Below, one piece after another: positions 50,050 to 63,012 of a stretch of 64,000 nucleotides of DNA (position 1 is the first letter of the stretch; the number at the start of each line of letters is the position of its first letter). Under the pieces are notes generated by a model, which made no database searches, had not been told where the DNA came from, and was given only the letters and a program-made list of their open reading frames with translations. The position numbers and the translations under genes were made by a program. The stretch spans positions 14,074,001 through 14,138,000 of the forward strand of contig NC_091290.1 in assembly GCF_032444005.1 (NCBI RefSeq). The letters run 5' to 3'. The stretch comes from Ranitomeya imitator (taxonomy: Eukaryota).

Positions 50050-53000
50050 TTGTTGCCCATAGCAACCAATTAGTGACTACTTAGAAAATTAGCTGAAATC
50101 TTGTTGCCGACAGCAACCGATCAGTAATCTCTTAGAAAAATACAAGACGAAGTCTGGTTGACAAGTAGCAACTGATTTAGTTTCTATGAGAAATCTTGTT
50201 GCCCATAGCAACCAAAGATGAAATCTGATTGCTAAGTAGCTAACGAATGGTTGCTATGGGTAAAAAGACTCCACTACAGCAACCAGATTTCATCTCCCAT
50301 TTTGTGAATAGTTACTGATTGTTTGCAAGGGCATCAAAGGGCATAATACGAGATGAAATTGCCCAAAGCAACCGGTAAGTAACTACTTAAAAGATGTGAG
50401 ATTAAATCTGGTTGCTATGGGGAGCCCTGTTGCCCATAGCAACCGATCAGTGACTGCTTAAAAGATATGAAATCTGGTTGCTATGGAGAGCCTTGTTGCC
50501 CATAGCAACCGATCAGTGACTGCTTAAAAGATATGAAATCTGGTTGCTATAGGGGAGTCTAGTTGCCCATAGCAACCGATCAGTGACTACTTAAAAGATG
50601 TGAGATTAAATCTGGTTGCTATAGGGAGCCCTGTTGCCCATAGCAACCGATCAGTGACTACTTAAAAGATATGAGATTAAATCTGGTTGCTATTATTATT
50701 ATTATTATTATACATTTTTATAGCGCCATTTATTCCATGGCGCTTTACATGTGAATACGGGGCAAATATAGACAAATACATTAAACATGAGCAGATAACA
50801 AGGCACACGAGTACATAAGGAGGGAGGACCCTGCCCGCGAGGGCTCACAGTCTGCAGGGGGTGGGTGAGGATACACTAGGAGAGGGAAGAGCTGGCTGTG
50901 CGGCTGTTCAGTAGGTTGAGGATCGCTGTAGGCTTGTCGGAAGAGATGAGTCTTCAGGTTCTTTTTGAAGGTTTCTATGGTAGGCGCAAGTCTGATGTGT
51001 TGGGGTAGAGAGTTCCAGAGTATGGGGGAAGCACGGGAGAAGTCTTGGATGCGGTTATGGGAAGAAGAGATGAGAGGGGAGTAGAGAAGGAGGTCTTGAG
51101 AGGATCGGAGGTTGCGTGTAGGTAGGTACCGGGAGACCATGTCACAGATGTATGGAGGAGACAGGTTGTGGATGGCTTTGTATGTCATTGTGAGGGTTTT
51201 GAACTGGAGTCTCTGGGCGATAGGAAGCCAGTGAAGGGCTTGACACAGGGGAGAGGCTGGGGAATAGCGGGGGGACAGGTGGATTAGTCGGGCAGCAGAG
51301 TGTAGGATGGATTGGAGTGGTGCCAGAGTGCTAGAGGGGAGTCCAAAGAGTAGGAGGTTGCAGTAGTCGAGGCGGGAGATGATAAGGGCATGCACTAGCG
51401 TTTTTGCAGTGTTGCGGTCAAGGAAAGCACGGATCCGGGAAATATTTTTGAGTTTGAGACGACAGGAGGAGGCAAGGGCTTGGATATGTGGCTTGAAAGA
51501 GAGGGCAGAGTCGAGGATCACCCCGAGGCACCGGGCGAGTGGGACTGGGGATAGTGAGCAGCCATTGACATTGATGGATAGGTCTGGTGGAGGGGTAGAG
51601 TGAGATGGGGGAAAGATGATGAATTCTGTTTTGTCCATGTTCAGTTGTAGAAAGCGAGCAGAAAAAAAGGCTGAAATGGCAGACAGGCAGTGCGGGATTT
51701 TGGTAAGTAAGGAGGAGAGGTCAGGTCCGGAGAGGTAGATCTGCGTGTCGTCAGCGTAGAGATGGTACTGCATACCGTGGGATTCTATGAGCTGTCCCAG
51801 GCCGAAAGTGTAGATGGAGAAGAGTAGGGGTCCTAGAACAGAGCCTTGAGGAACACCGACTGACAAGGGGCGAAGTGAGGAGGTGGTGTGGGGGAGGGAG
51901 ACACTGAATGTTCGGTCTGTTAGATATGACGAGATCCAGGAAAGGGCCAAGTCTGTGATGCCAAGGGATGAGAGGATTTGTAGCAAAAGGGAGTGGTCAA
52001 CAGTGTCAAAGGCAGAAGACAAGTCCAGGAGAAGGAGGACAGAGTAGTGTCGCTTGCTCCTGGCAGTTAGTAGGTCATTGGTGACTTTAGTTAGGGCAGT
52101 TTCAGTTGAGTGATGGGAACGGAAGCCTGATTGTAACCGATCAAAGAGGGAGCAGGAGGAGAAGTGGGAGGACAGTTCAAGATGGACGTGTTGCTCCAGC
52201 AATTTGGAGGCATAAGGGAGAAGAGATATCGGGCGATAGCTAGACACAGAGGATGGGTCGAGGGAGGGCTTTTTGAGGATGGTTGTGATCTTGGCATGCT
52301 TGAAGGATGAGGGAAAGACACCTGTTGTGAGTGAGAGGTTGAAGAGGTGCGTTAGGGTTGGGATGAAGACCGTGGAAAGGTTAGGGATGAGGTGGGATGG
52401 GAGCGGGTCAAGCGTGCAGGTGGTGAGGTGTGATCTTGACAGGAGGGTGGAGAGCTGATCTTCTGTCATGGTGGAGAAGCTGGTTTTGGAGGAGCAGGGT
52501 TGAGCAGCTAAGAGGGGCAGTGGGCGCTGTGGGCCAAAGCTTTCTCTGATCGTATCGATCTTCTGTTTAAAGAAGATATGGGGGGTCTTGTTGCCCATAA
52601 CAACCGATCAGTAAGTACTTAAAAGATAAGAGATGAAACCTGGTTGCTTATTAGCTACTGATCTGTTGCAAAGGCATCAAGGTTCCCCAAAAATACGAGA
52701 TTAAATCTGAATGCTATGGAAAAATCTTGTTGCCCCTAGCAACCATTCAGGAATCACTCTGCAACCAGATTGCATCTTGTATTTTCTGATCGGTTGCTAT
52801 GGGCAACAGAATTCCCCATAGTAACCAGATTTCATCTCTTATTTTCTGTGACAAATCTTCTTGCCCATAGCAACCAAGCAGTAACCACTTAGCAACCAGA
52901 TTTTAATCGCATACTTTTTAAGTTATTACTGATCGGTTGCTATGGGCAAAAGGATTCCCCATATATACCAGAATGCGTCTTTTTTTTTTTTCTTCTGTGG

Positions 53001-53050
53001 GAAATCTTGTGGCCCCTAACAACCGATTAGTAACTACTTAGCAACCAGAT
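50050..53050. repeat. Array of ~55-60-bp hairpin units (GGTTGCTATGG...CCATAGCAACC), split by the L2 insertion (arms 50050-50690 and 52577-53050)
   Basis: Repeated inverted pairs of GGTTGCTATGG(G) / (C)CCATAGCAACC read directly on both sides of the LINE. Confidence 0.8.
50691..52576 (-). mobile_element. 5'-truncated L2 (CR1-clade) LINE with an uninterrupted RT frame; antisense within a prr5l intron
   Basis: ORF 50781-52598: [51 protein letters not shown]; 3' stem-loop AGCGCCATGGAATAAATGGCGCT and (TAA)n tail; endonuclease absent. Confidence 0.95.
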
Positions 53051-53742
53051 TTCTTCTAATTTTCTACATGCAGAGACCATAGAGCCGGTTCTCGCTGTTC
53101 TAATGGCCTATAAACGTGTAATATGCCGTATACATGACTACTACAGTATAGTCCCGTATACTAATTTTTTTCTAAAGCGGAATTTTCTTTTACCGTTTTC
53201 CTTCATTTTTATTTTTCCTGATCCATTTTTAGCGAAAGGGGGGGGAGGGGGGAGAGGGGGGTGCTGGGGGATATTGGTGATATTATTTTATTTTTTTTGT
53301 GCTCAGAGCTGGTGCCGGACTTCGTAGAAGACGGGAGGAAGATGTGGGGGCACAATGGAGTCTTTGTTTCCTTTCTGTAAAAAAAACAAACAAAAAAAAC
53401 ACCACTGATATACAAAGATGGCACCGGACAGCACTAACTCCGACCCAGACGGGGCGAATCATTTGTTTTATTAAAGGGACGTAGCTTTGGGTGACCTACA
53501 GGTCCCCCCCTAGACTAATGAAAGGTGACCAAGGGGGTCTTCTGACTTGGAGGACCTGACCTGTCCATACATTTATACAGCCAGCAGTTGTAATACTCCG
53601 TTTCTCCTGCGGGAGTGCTGTAGTAAAATTGAGCACCTGCAGCAACAGATTACATCCTGGGATCGAAAAAAAATCAGGAGACCCCTTTGTCAAAATTGGT
53701 GAATTAGATTAAATGACCCCATTTTTTATTTTTTATTTCCAG

Positions 53743-53791
53743 AAATTTACTAAAGAGTGAACTTGGCTCATTTATCACGGAGTACTTTCAG
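53743..53791 (+). CDS. prr5l: PRR5L coding exon 3 (R-NLLKSELGSFITEYFQ)
   Basis: 49 nt, TTTCCAG|...CAG|GTAAGT, phase 2/0; matches recalled LLKSELGSFITDYFQ. Confidence 0.95.
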
Positions 53792-54521
53792 GTAAGTCTC
53801 ATGCGGTTGTCGTGTACGGACCTGCTGGATTATACTCTGCAATCATACGGCTGCCGGGATGAATCACACAGAGACATTGTTGTGTGTCTCACTTTTCATG
53901 GTTTCTAGTAAAAAAAAAAAAAAAAAGTCATTAGAAAAACTTCATAAATTATTAAATAGATCTCAGACCTGATGAGGCTGGTGTACTTATTTTGAAAATC
54001 CGTGTCAGGATGACTGTGTAATCCTGATATATTTTATGAGTCCAGCTAAAGAGTGATAAAGGTCAAGAGTCCAATGTATTCAGTCTCCGCTGCGGGACAG
54101 TTGTTTGGTGGGGGCTCTGGGTGTTGCACCCCCACCGATGAGACAAGTCGTGGACAACCTCTTTAATCATTATTGAGAATTTATTTATTTCATTAAGTTA
54201 TGTGGCTTTTTTTTTTTTAATTGACAGAAGATTTCATTTTTTGATGATCTGTTGATTTTACGTTAAAGTGAATGAGTCATCGGAAAATGACCTAATGTTG
54301 GAATCAGGGTTTTGTGCTTTTAAATATTTTTTTTAAATTTTTTTTATTTTCGTATTGCTTTCTGTATAAACATTAGACATCTTAAAATTTTCAGACTGGC
54401 CACCGAGGCTTTATTATACTCCACATGTATATTAACAGCAATGTACAGACTTTGTCCCTTTACCTTATATTGATGCATCTAATGAACGTGTGCAAACATG
54501 ATTGTGGAGGGAGGGGGAGGG

Positions 54522-55315
54522 GGGGAGATGTGACATCGTGTATTGTGATTGGTGGATCCTGTGTTACCTACTGTATATAGAGGTGTTATCGGTCATTGTA
54601 CAGGAGGAGGAGGTGAGCTGTGACATCACCTATTGCGAATGGTGGATCCTGTGTTATCTACTGTATATAGAGGTGTTATCAGTCATTGGACAGGAGGAGG
54701 AGGTGAGCTGTGACATCACCTATTGTGAATGGTGGATCCTGTGTTATCTACTGTATATAGAGAAGTTATCAGTCATTGTACAGGAGGAGGAGGTGAGCTG
54801 TGACATCACCTATTGTGAGTGGTGGATCCTGTGTTTTCTACTGTATATAGAGTTGTTATCAGTCATTGTACAGGAGGAGGAGGTGAGCTGTGACATCACC
54901 TATTGTGATTGGTGGATCCTGTGTTATCTACTGTATATAGAGGTGTTATCGGTCATTGTACAGGAGGAGGAGGTGAGCTGTGACATCACCTATTGTGAAT
55001 GGTGGATCCTGTGTTATCTACTGTATATAGAGGTGTTATCAGTCATTGTACAGGAGGAGGAGGTGAGCTGTGACATCACCTATTGTGAATGGTGGATCCT
55101 GTGTTATTTACTGTATATAGAGGTGTTATCAGTCATTGTACAGGAGGAGGTGAGCTGTGACATCACCTATTGTGAATGGTGGATCCTGTGTTATCTACTG
55201 TATATAGAGGTGTTATCAGTCATTATACAGGAGGAGGAGGTGAGCTGTGACATCACCTATTGTGATTGGTGGATCCTGTTGCATCAGCTGTGTACAGAGG
55301 TGTTATCAGTAATTG
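54522..55315. repeat. 90-bp minisatellite, about 9 copies (inverse of 37681-38392)
   Basis: Read directly; lines recur every 180 nt. Confidence 0.95.
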
Positions 55316-55587
55316 TAATCCTATCTCTGATGATAATGAGTCTACTAAAAACTCTTCCTAAAAGGACAGGAAGTAAAAGTTAAAAAAAATCCACTTTGAA
55401 AAAGCAAGAATATTTTTTTTGTATCAGAAAAAAAACCCATAAGCACAAAAACCTGATTTAACCAATAGGTAATTTTCTGACGACACCGTCCCTTTAAGCC
55501 CTGCCGGTCACTGTGGTTCTCCTGCTTTAGTCGTGACTACTCCGCTCATTTCTGTGTTGGTGATGAAACTGCTCTTTGTGTTCGTAG

Positions 55588-55645
55588 AATCGGCTGCTCT
55601 CCAAGGGTTTGGCCTTCATGGAGGAGAAAGTGAAGCTGTACGAAG
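55588..55645 (+). CDS. prr5l: PRR5L coding exon 4 (NRLLSKGLAFMEEKVKLYE-G)
   Basis: 58 nt, AG|...G|GTGAG, phase 0/1; matches recalled NQLLAKGLFFVEEKIKLCEG. Confidence 0.93.
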
Positions 55646-56096
55646 GTGAGAGACCCTGACACCGGCAGGAGAGCGGACGCTGTGTGCTGGGCGCCCGCAC
55701 ATTGGCAGCACTTTACCACACTGACACCTACTCTGACCCGCAAGACCCAATGTGTAATAACTGCAGACGTGAAGCTTCTAAGAAAAAAAAAAAAAGATTT
55801 TATTTGACATCTTGTCCGGCGTCTACTATAGAGCTCTGTGTTAAAAAAAAAATATATATATATATATATTTATAATATAAAAAAATGCGAGTTAATCGCA
55901 GACGGACAGGAATTACATTGAGGTCAATGGTGTAAAATTTGTGCAATTTGCTAACTGCTATTTTTTGTGTGACCCCGGTGTGGCCTTCTTGTGCCGCTAT
56001 ACTATGAGATCTCCGGTCACGCCACCGATGTCGCAGCGTAGCGCCAATATACAGCGGGTGGAACGATGGATCCTTCATACGTTTATTTATTCTTAG

Positions 56097-56188
56097 GTGA
56101 AAACCGCGTCTTGATTCTTTCCGAATTGTGGGATCATTTCTTCACGGAAATCCTGCCAACACTCCAGGCGATATTTTATCCCGTCCAG
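56097..56188 (+). CDS. prr5l: PRR5L coding exon 5 (G-ENRVLILSELWDHFFTEILPTLQAIFYPVQ)
   Basis: 92 nt, TCTTAG|...CAG|GTATTA, phase 1/0; WDHFFTE.LPTLQAIFYPVQ motif. Confidence 0.95.
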
Positions 56189-56251
56189 GTATTACGCCAC
56201 TTTTGTCTGTATACTGCGCACCCTTATTGGATAGCTTAGTAACTAGCTAAG

Positions 56252-56438
56252 CTCCTCCCCTCTCCGTAGAAGTTTATGAGCACCAACTGTCATCTCTTAT
56301 CTCAGTAATGGGACAATCTGCGTTCACTGAAGATAGACCCATGAATTCGTAAAATCTGTCCCTAGTGAATACAGATTTTCCCATTACTGTGATAGGAGAT
56401 GACAGTTGGTGCTCATAGACTTCCACGGAGAGGGGAGG
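56252..56438. mobile_element. Palindromic MITE remnant
   Basis: CTCCTCCCCTCTCCGTAGAAGTTTATGAGCACCAACTGTCATCTC is mirrored by GAGATGACAGTTGGTGCTCATAGACTTCCACGGAGAGGGGAGGAG. Confidence 0.6.
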
Positions 56439-56974
56439 AGAGAGAGAACGATCAGTCCAGGAGGAGAATGAAACGGATTTCTCTGATAAGATAGATTACA
56501 AAGTTTGTTATTTTTATGTGTTTATTTTTGATTTATGGAAAACAAACAAACAAATAAAACAATAGTTGCTCTTTAAGGTTCAGCTCGTTACCTCCAGCCA
56601 TTTGCAACTTGCCATCATTACTTCCCCTACATATAAACCTGGTTACTAATTAACATTCAATTCCATTCTTCCTAATAGCTCTTCACATTCTCTAATGAAT
56701 TAATCATTAGCAGCTGCATCATTCAGAAGTGCAACAATGTCCCAAAGTGGCTGCATGAAAAAAATAACTTTCGGGCGCATCCCCATGGTGCAGGGGGGAA
56801 ATTTCCAGCGCTGCAGATTTTAGTTCTCCGTGTGTCATTTTTCGTTGTACAACTGCGGATTTCACCCTTTGCGATGTAAATGATCTTTGTTTTTGGCTTC
56901 CATTGTCTTACGTGTGTGAATTATGGCTCATCTCTTCATGAGGTTCTGCGCTCATGTGTTTCTCTATATTCCAG

Positions 56975-57115
56975 GGCCAGGAACTTACCATTCGGCAGAT
57001 TGCTCTCCTCGGCTTCAGGGACTCTGTTCTCTTAAAAGTGAGCGTGGACACTGCGCTGGCGTTAATGAAGTCGCCGATCCCACCGCCCATCCTGCAGATG
57101 CTCTTGGTCCTTCAG
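56975..57115 (+). CDS. prr5l: PRR5L coding exon 6 (GQELTIRQIALLGFRDSVLLKVSVDTALALMKSPIPPPILQMLLVLQ)
   Basis: 141 nt, TTCCAG|...CAG|GTGGGA, phase 0/0; matches recalled GQELTIRQISLLGFRDLVLLKV. Confidence 0.95.
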
Positions 57116-57395
57116 GTGGGAAAAGTCCGGAGCTTTTATCAGTTTATTCCCATATTGTATGCGATTCGCCTGCCGTTATGTGTATACAGCACTTTATGTG
57201 TCCGCGACAAATGGACGGCAAGAACTTGTTACCTACTTCCCAGTATAACTGATAGCAGGGAACAAGGCCGACTGCTGGGAGCTGGCTCCAACAACGAGCT
57301 TTACCCAGTGCGAAAACGGCAATGAAACCCGTCTACATTCCTAGCTATGGTCCAGTTATCACCCCGTCCAGGCATGCAATATAAATGGTTGTATA

Positions 57396-59058
57396 ATCCT
57401 GTATTATACCCCAGAGCTGCACTCACTATTCTGCTAGTGCAGTCACTGTGTACATACATTACATTACTGATCCTGAGTTACATCCTGTATTATACTCCAG
57501 AGCTGCACTCACTGTTCTGCTGGTGCAGTCACTGTGTACATACATTACATTACTGATCCTGAGTTACATCCTGTATTATACCCCAGAGCTGCACTCACCA
57601 TTCTGCTGATGCAGTCACTGTGTACATACATTACATTACTGATCCTGAGTTACATCCAGTATTATACTCCAGAGCTGCACTCACTATTCTGCTGGTGCAG
57701 TCACTGTGTACATACATTACATTACTGATCCTGAGTTACATCCTGTATTATACCCCAGAGCTGCACTCACCATTCTGCTGATGCAGTCACTGTGTACATA
57801 CATTACATTACTGATCCTGAGTTACATCCAGTATTATACCCCAGAGCTGCACTCACTATTCTGCTGGTGCAATCACTGTGTACATACATTACATTACTGA
57901 TCCCGAGTTACATCCTCTATTATACCCCAGAGCTGCACTCACTATTCTGCTGGTGCAGTCACTGTGTACATACATTACATTACTGATCCTGAGTTACATC
58001 CTGTATTATACCCCAGAGCTGCACTCACTATTCTGCTGGTGCAGTCACTGTGTACATACATTACATTACTGATCCTGAGTTACATCCTGTATTATACCCC
58101 AGAGCTGCACTCACTATTCTGCTGGTGCAGTCACTGTGCACATACATTACATTACTGATCCTGAGTTACATCCTGTATTATACTCCAGAGCTGTACTCAC
58201 TATTCTGCTGGTGCAGTCACTGTGTACATACATTACATTACTGATCCTGAGTTACATCCTGTATTAGACTCCAGAGCTGTACTCACTATTCTGCTGGTGC
58301 AGTCACTGTGTACATATATTACATTACTCATCCTGAGTTACATCCTGTATTAGACTCCAGAGCTGCACTCACTATTCTGCTGGTGCAGTCACTGTGTACA
58401 TACATTACATTACTGATCCTGAGTTACATCCTGTATTATACTCCAGAGCTGCACTCACTATTCTGCTGGTGCAGTCACTGTGTACATACATTACATTACT
58501 GATCCTGAGTTACATCCTGTATTATACCCCAGAGCTGCACTCACTATTCTGCTGGTGCAGTCACTGTGCACATACATTACATTACTGATCCTGAGTTACA
58601 TCCTGTATTATACTCCAGAGCTGTACTCACTATTCTGCTGGTGCAGTCACTGTGTACATACATTACATTACTGATCCTGAGTTACATCCTGTATTAGACT
58701 CCAGAGCTGTACTCACTATTCTGCTGGTGCAGTCACTGTGTACATATATTACATTACTCATCCTGAGTTACATCCTGTATTAGACTCCAGAGCTGCACTC
58801 ACTATTCTGCTGGTGCAGTCACTGTGTACATACATTACATTACTGATCCAGAGTTACATCCTGTATTATACCCCAGAGCTGCACTCACTATTCTGCTGGT
58901 GCAGTCACTGTGTACATACATTACTGATCCTGAGTTACATCCTGTATTATACCCCAGAGCTGCACTCACTATTCTGCTGGTGCAGTCACTGTGTACATAC
59001 ATTACTGATCCTGAGTTACATCCTGTATTATACCCCAGAGCTGCACTCACTATTCTGC
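57396..59058. repeat. 86-bp satellite (CTGCACTCACTATTCTGCTGGTGCAGTCACTGTGTACATACATTACATTACTGATCCTGAGTTACATCCTGTATTATACTCCAGAG)n, about 19 copies
   Basis: Read directly; near-identical ORFs recur at 86-nt offsets. Confidence 0.97.
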
Positions 59059-60356
59059 TTTTTTTATTTTAAGCTCCCATTTTATAGGGAGTATCAGGGA
59101 GACAAAGGGATACATAAAAGTCTTTTGTGGTTATAGTTATTTATCCATTATGACCTTTTTGAATGATATATATTTTTTTCAATATCCCCTTTAAATCACA
59201 GGGTGTCGCGCTGCTCGGGCAATCAGTCTGTGAAGTGTTGTATTTTTCTGCAGTGCCACCACAGGAAACATGAAGCACTGCATGGTTCCTATTGAAGTCA
59301 GCAGGCTGTGGGGTCCTCCAGGTTCTGGCAGAATTATAGGGGGTCGCTCACTAATAGGGTTAGACATTGCGCGGACGATCCAGGGATAATCGCGGCTTTA
59401 GCTGCCGGTTTGCAGCCGTGACCCAGTGACCTGATCATCCGTCGGCTATTTTTAGGGATTTACTTGGTTACCCATTAGCGCAGTATGAAGCCGCGTCACC
59501 GCAGGATTGTTTGACTTTCTGGGTCATGTAATTACATTGCTCTATTTCTTTTTTCATATATATATATATTTTTTTTTATAGAAAATGACACAAAGGGCTG
59601 TAAGAAGCCCGATCGACTGAAAGTGACAATAGAAAATGAGGGCAAAGCGGGAAAAAAAAAGACTGCCGAAGATGTGCAGAATAGCCGCACAGATCACCAT
59701 GACGGAGCCTCATCAATAACGCATGAGCACCGTCCGTCCTGCTCGGCCGGGAGCCGACAAAGGATGATTGTCTCTCAGTCATATATTATTTAAAGGGAAC
59801 CTGTCCAGATCACTAGAGAATAGTCACACTGTCCAATCAAAGCTGAAGTAGTCAGTGCACTTGCACTTGGAGTTGCCCCCGACTAGGCGGCAGAGCCAGG
59901 GGTCGGACCCCCTGCTCTCCGCTATTTGCAGAGCCGGGTATACACAGCATTGGGTACAAGCAGTTTTCAGAATGGCGAGACGTGTTCACCATTAGAAATG
60001 AGTAGAAGTCCTGCATGTGCGCTGGCGATTTATTCAAAGCTCATGGTGTCCGAATATCTCCGGACGTCCTGCACTGATTGCATGGAACGGCAGCCGCCCC
60101 TCTATCCACGTGGGGGACCTAAGTCTCAATTATTGGGGGTCTCGGTGGCTGAATCCTCCCCGATTTATAGAAGTTTGCACCTATCCTGTTCTAACTGGAA
60201 GACAGATATTTTTTGCCTAGGGAGGTTCCTGTTTTGTACTTCCCTCCTTTCACTCATCCAGTGCTAGTGCATGTGAAACAGCGGTACAGGGACAAAGGAT
60301 GTGGTCTAGAAGTTTCCTCTGATCTTTGTTGACAAATGGTGTATCCTGAGTCTGAA

Positions 60357-61791
60357 AGGGGTTGTCCCATAAACAACATATACAACATGTGACCACCACT
60401 CCTATAGACAGTGAATGGAGCTGTACTGAGCATGTGCGAACACCTCCTATAGACAGTGAATGGAGCGGTAGTGAGCATGTGCGACCACCTCCTATAGACA
60501 GTGAATTGAGCGGTAGTGAGCGAGTGCGACCACCTCCTATAGACGGTGAATGGAGCTGTACTGATCATGTGCGACCACCTCCTATAGACAGTTAATGGAG
60601 CGGTGGTGAGCGTGTGCGACCACCTCCTATAGATGGTGAATGGAGCGGTAGTGAGCGTGTGCGACCACCTCCTATAGATGGTGAATGGAGCAATAGTGAG
60701 CATGTGCGACCACCTCCTATAGACAGTGAATGCAGGGTAGTGAGAGTGTGCGACCACCTCCTATAGACGGTGAATGGAGCGGTAGTGAGAGTGTGCGACC
60801 ACCTCCTATAGATGGTGAATGGAGCGGTAGTGAGAGTGTACGACCACCTCCTATAGACGGTGAATGGAGCGGTAGTGAGTGTGCGACCACCTCCTATAGA
60901 CAGTGAATGCAGGGTAGTGAGAGTGTGCGACCACCTCCTATAGACGGTGAATGGAGCGGTAGTGAGAGTGTGCGACCACCTCCTATAGATGGTGAATGGA
61001 GCGGTAGTGAGAGTGTACGACCACCTCCTATAGACGGTGAATGGAGCGGTAGTGAGTGTGCGACCACCTCCTATAGACGGTGAATGGAGCGGTAGTGAGC
61101 GTGTGCGACCACCTCCTATAGACAGTGAATGGAGCGGTAGTGAGCGTGTGCGACCAACTCCTATCGACAGTGAATGGAGCGGTACTGAGCGTGTGCGACC
61201 ACCTCCTATAGACAGTGAATGGAGCGTAGTGAGAGTGTGCGACCACCTCCTATAGACAGTGAATGGAGCGGTAGTGAGCGTGTGCGACCACCTCCTATAG
61301 AGAGTAAATGGAGCGGTAGTGAGCGTGTGCGACCACCTCCTATAGACAGTGAATGGAGCAGTGGTGAGCGTGTTCGACCACCTCCTATAGAGAGTGAATG
61401 GAGCAGTAGTGAGTGTGTGCGACCACCACTACTATAGACATTGAATGGAGCTGTACTGAGCATGTGCGACCACCTCCTATAGACAGTTAATGGAGCGGTG
61501 GTGAGCATGTGCGACCACCAGTACTATGGACAGTAAATGGAGCGGTAGTGAGTGTGTGCGACCCCAAGTACTATGGACAGTGAATGGAGGACTAGTGAGC
61601 GAGTGCGACCACCTCCTATAGACAGGGATTGGAGCAGTGGTCGCAATTGTTCACTCAATCTCTATTCACACTGGGGACTTTTGGGACTTCTCGTCTCATG
61701 ACCAGTAGGCGGCCCGGTTGTAGGACCCTCATGGATCATCCAATAATACCTGTCCTGGGAAGAGGTGATCTGTTGTGTTGGGACGATCCCT
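60357..61791. mobile_element. T2-type MITE expanded by an internal 45-bp tandem repeat (GTGCGACCACCTCCTATAGACAGTGAATGGAGCGGTAGTGAGCGT)n at about 60385-61645
   Basis: Termini AGGGGTTGTCCCA / TGGGACGATCCCT; TSD degenerate; repeat read directly. Confidence 0.6.
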
Positions 61792-62058
61792 TTCCTTGAG
61801 TGCAGATGGAAGCATTGATCCCCGGCAGAGGTGTCACTTGTCCTTGGGGCCCCAGGGCCAAATCTGTATCCGGTCCCCCTTCCTATCTACTATGAGCCCA
61901 GAATAAGCTGGCGTCTTCTCCTGTGGCGTCGGGCCTCCTCCTCCGTTACCAGAACCAGCGCCTGCCGTCAGTATCACTATGAAGACCCGTGGAGGAGCGG
62001 AGATCTTGTTCTCCTTCACCGCAGTCCTGACGGGTTCTTGTCATGTTGTTCCTTTCAG

Positions 62059-62191
62059 GGTATCCACGAGCCATCGGGACCCAGTGACGGTTACCTGAAG
62101 CTGGAAGAGCTGGTGAAGATGGTGGTATCTCCATACCTAGCGACCTATGGGGACCGGAGCTGCTGCCACAATAGTGCCCCCTGTCTACTTG
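62059..62191 (+). CDS. prr5l: PRR5L coding exon 7 (GIHEPSGPSDGYLKLEELVKMVVSPYLATYGDRSCCHNSAPCLL-); final exon outside the window
   Basis: 133 nt, TTTCAG|...G|GTAAGA, phase 0/1; matches recalled SVHEPTGPSESYLQLEELVKQVVSPFL. Confidence 0.95.
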
Positions 62192-63012
62192 GTAAGATCG
62201 ACTCCTCTGGACATGACCCAATGCAATAACTAAAGGATACGATGAAAACTAGATCCATCGTGGTGGACCTCAAATGGTGGTCATGGCCTCCAACCTGTGG
62301 GTCTTCAGCTGTTACAACACTACAACTCCCAGCATTCACTGACGGCTGCAGGCTGACATCCGCTGCCAACCCTGGCAGCCCCCAGCCTGTGCCTCCGGAC
62401 AGCGGTTCACGTATCTTGTCCACATTAAAGGGGTTGTGGTGGGACGTCCTCCATAAACGAGGACATGGTAGACACAAGCCGTCCTGGTATTCAGGGGAAT
62501 GGCCTTCACATTTCTGGCCAGACAATCCCTTTAAGGGTTGGAGAACCGATACTCTGGGAACAGTTTTTATTTTATATCTGCGTTAATCAAAAGGCAGAAA
62601 ATAATATTCCGAAGCCTTAGAAAGCGTTGACTGCGCTGAGATTATCAGAACCTCGGGCCATATGTGATGTTCTCAGCCTCCAGAGTGTGGGAAGGACGCA
62701 GACGCCGTTCCGGTAATTAACCCCATTTTCTTACTCTCGTGTTTATGTTGCTGTATAATCGCTAATCCAAACCAATTAAGACACAAACATTAGTCAAATA
62801 TTAATTCCAGACTCCAAATCGCCATCGTGTCAGCTGGAAAGTCTAGAAGTGGACGGGATAATGAGACTTTAAGGGCCAATTCTCCTATAGATGGAAATCA
62901 TTTACACCAGCTCCATTTACACTATCCCCCATAGAGATGCACGGGGCCATTACTGCGTTACCTCTGCATCCAGATTCAGTTCAGATCTTCCCACTAAAGC
63001 TCAACTCCACCT

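Noticed and set aside
53960-54012. CTGATGA...GAAA...GTC hammerhead-like spacing
   Set aside because: Stems I, II and III do not pair; most likely a chance match.
54502-55383. 293-aa hydrophobic repeat ORF resembling a membrane protein
   Set aside because: Translation of the 90-bp minisatellite inside a prr5l intron.
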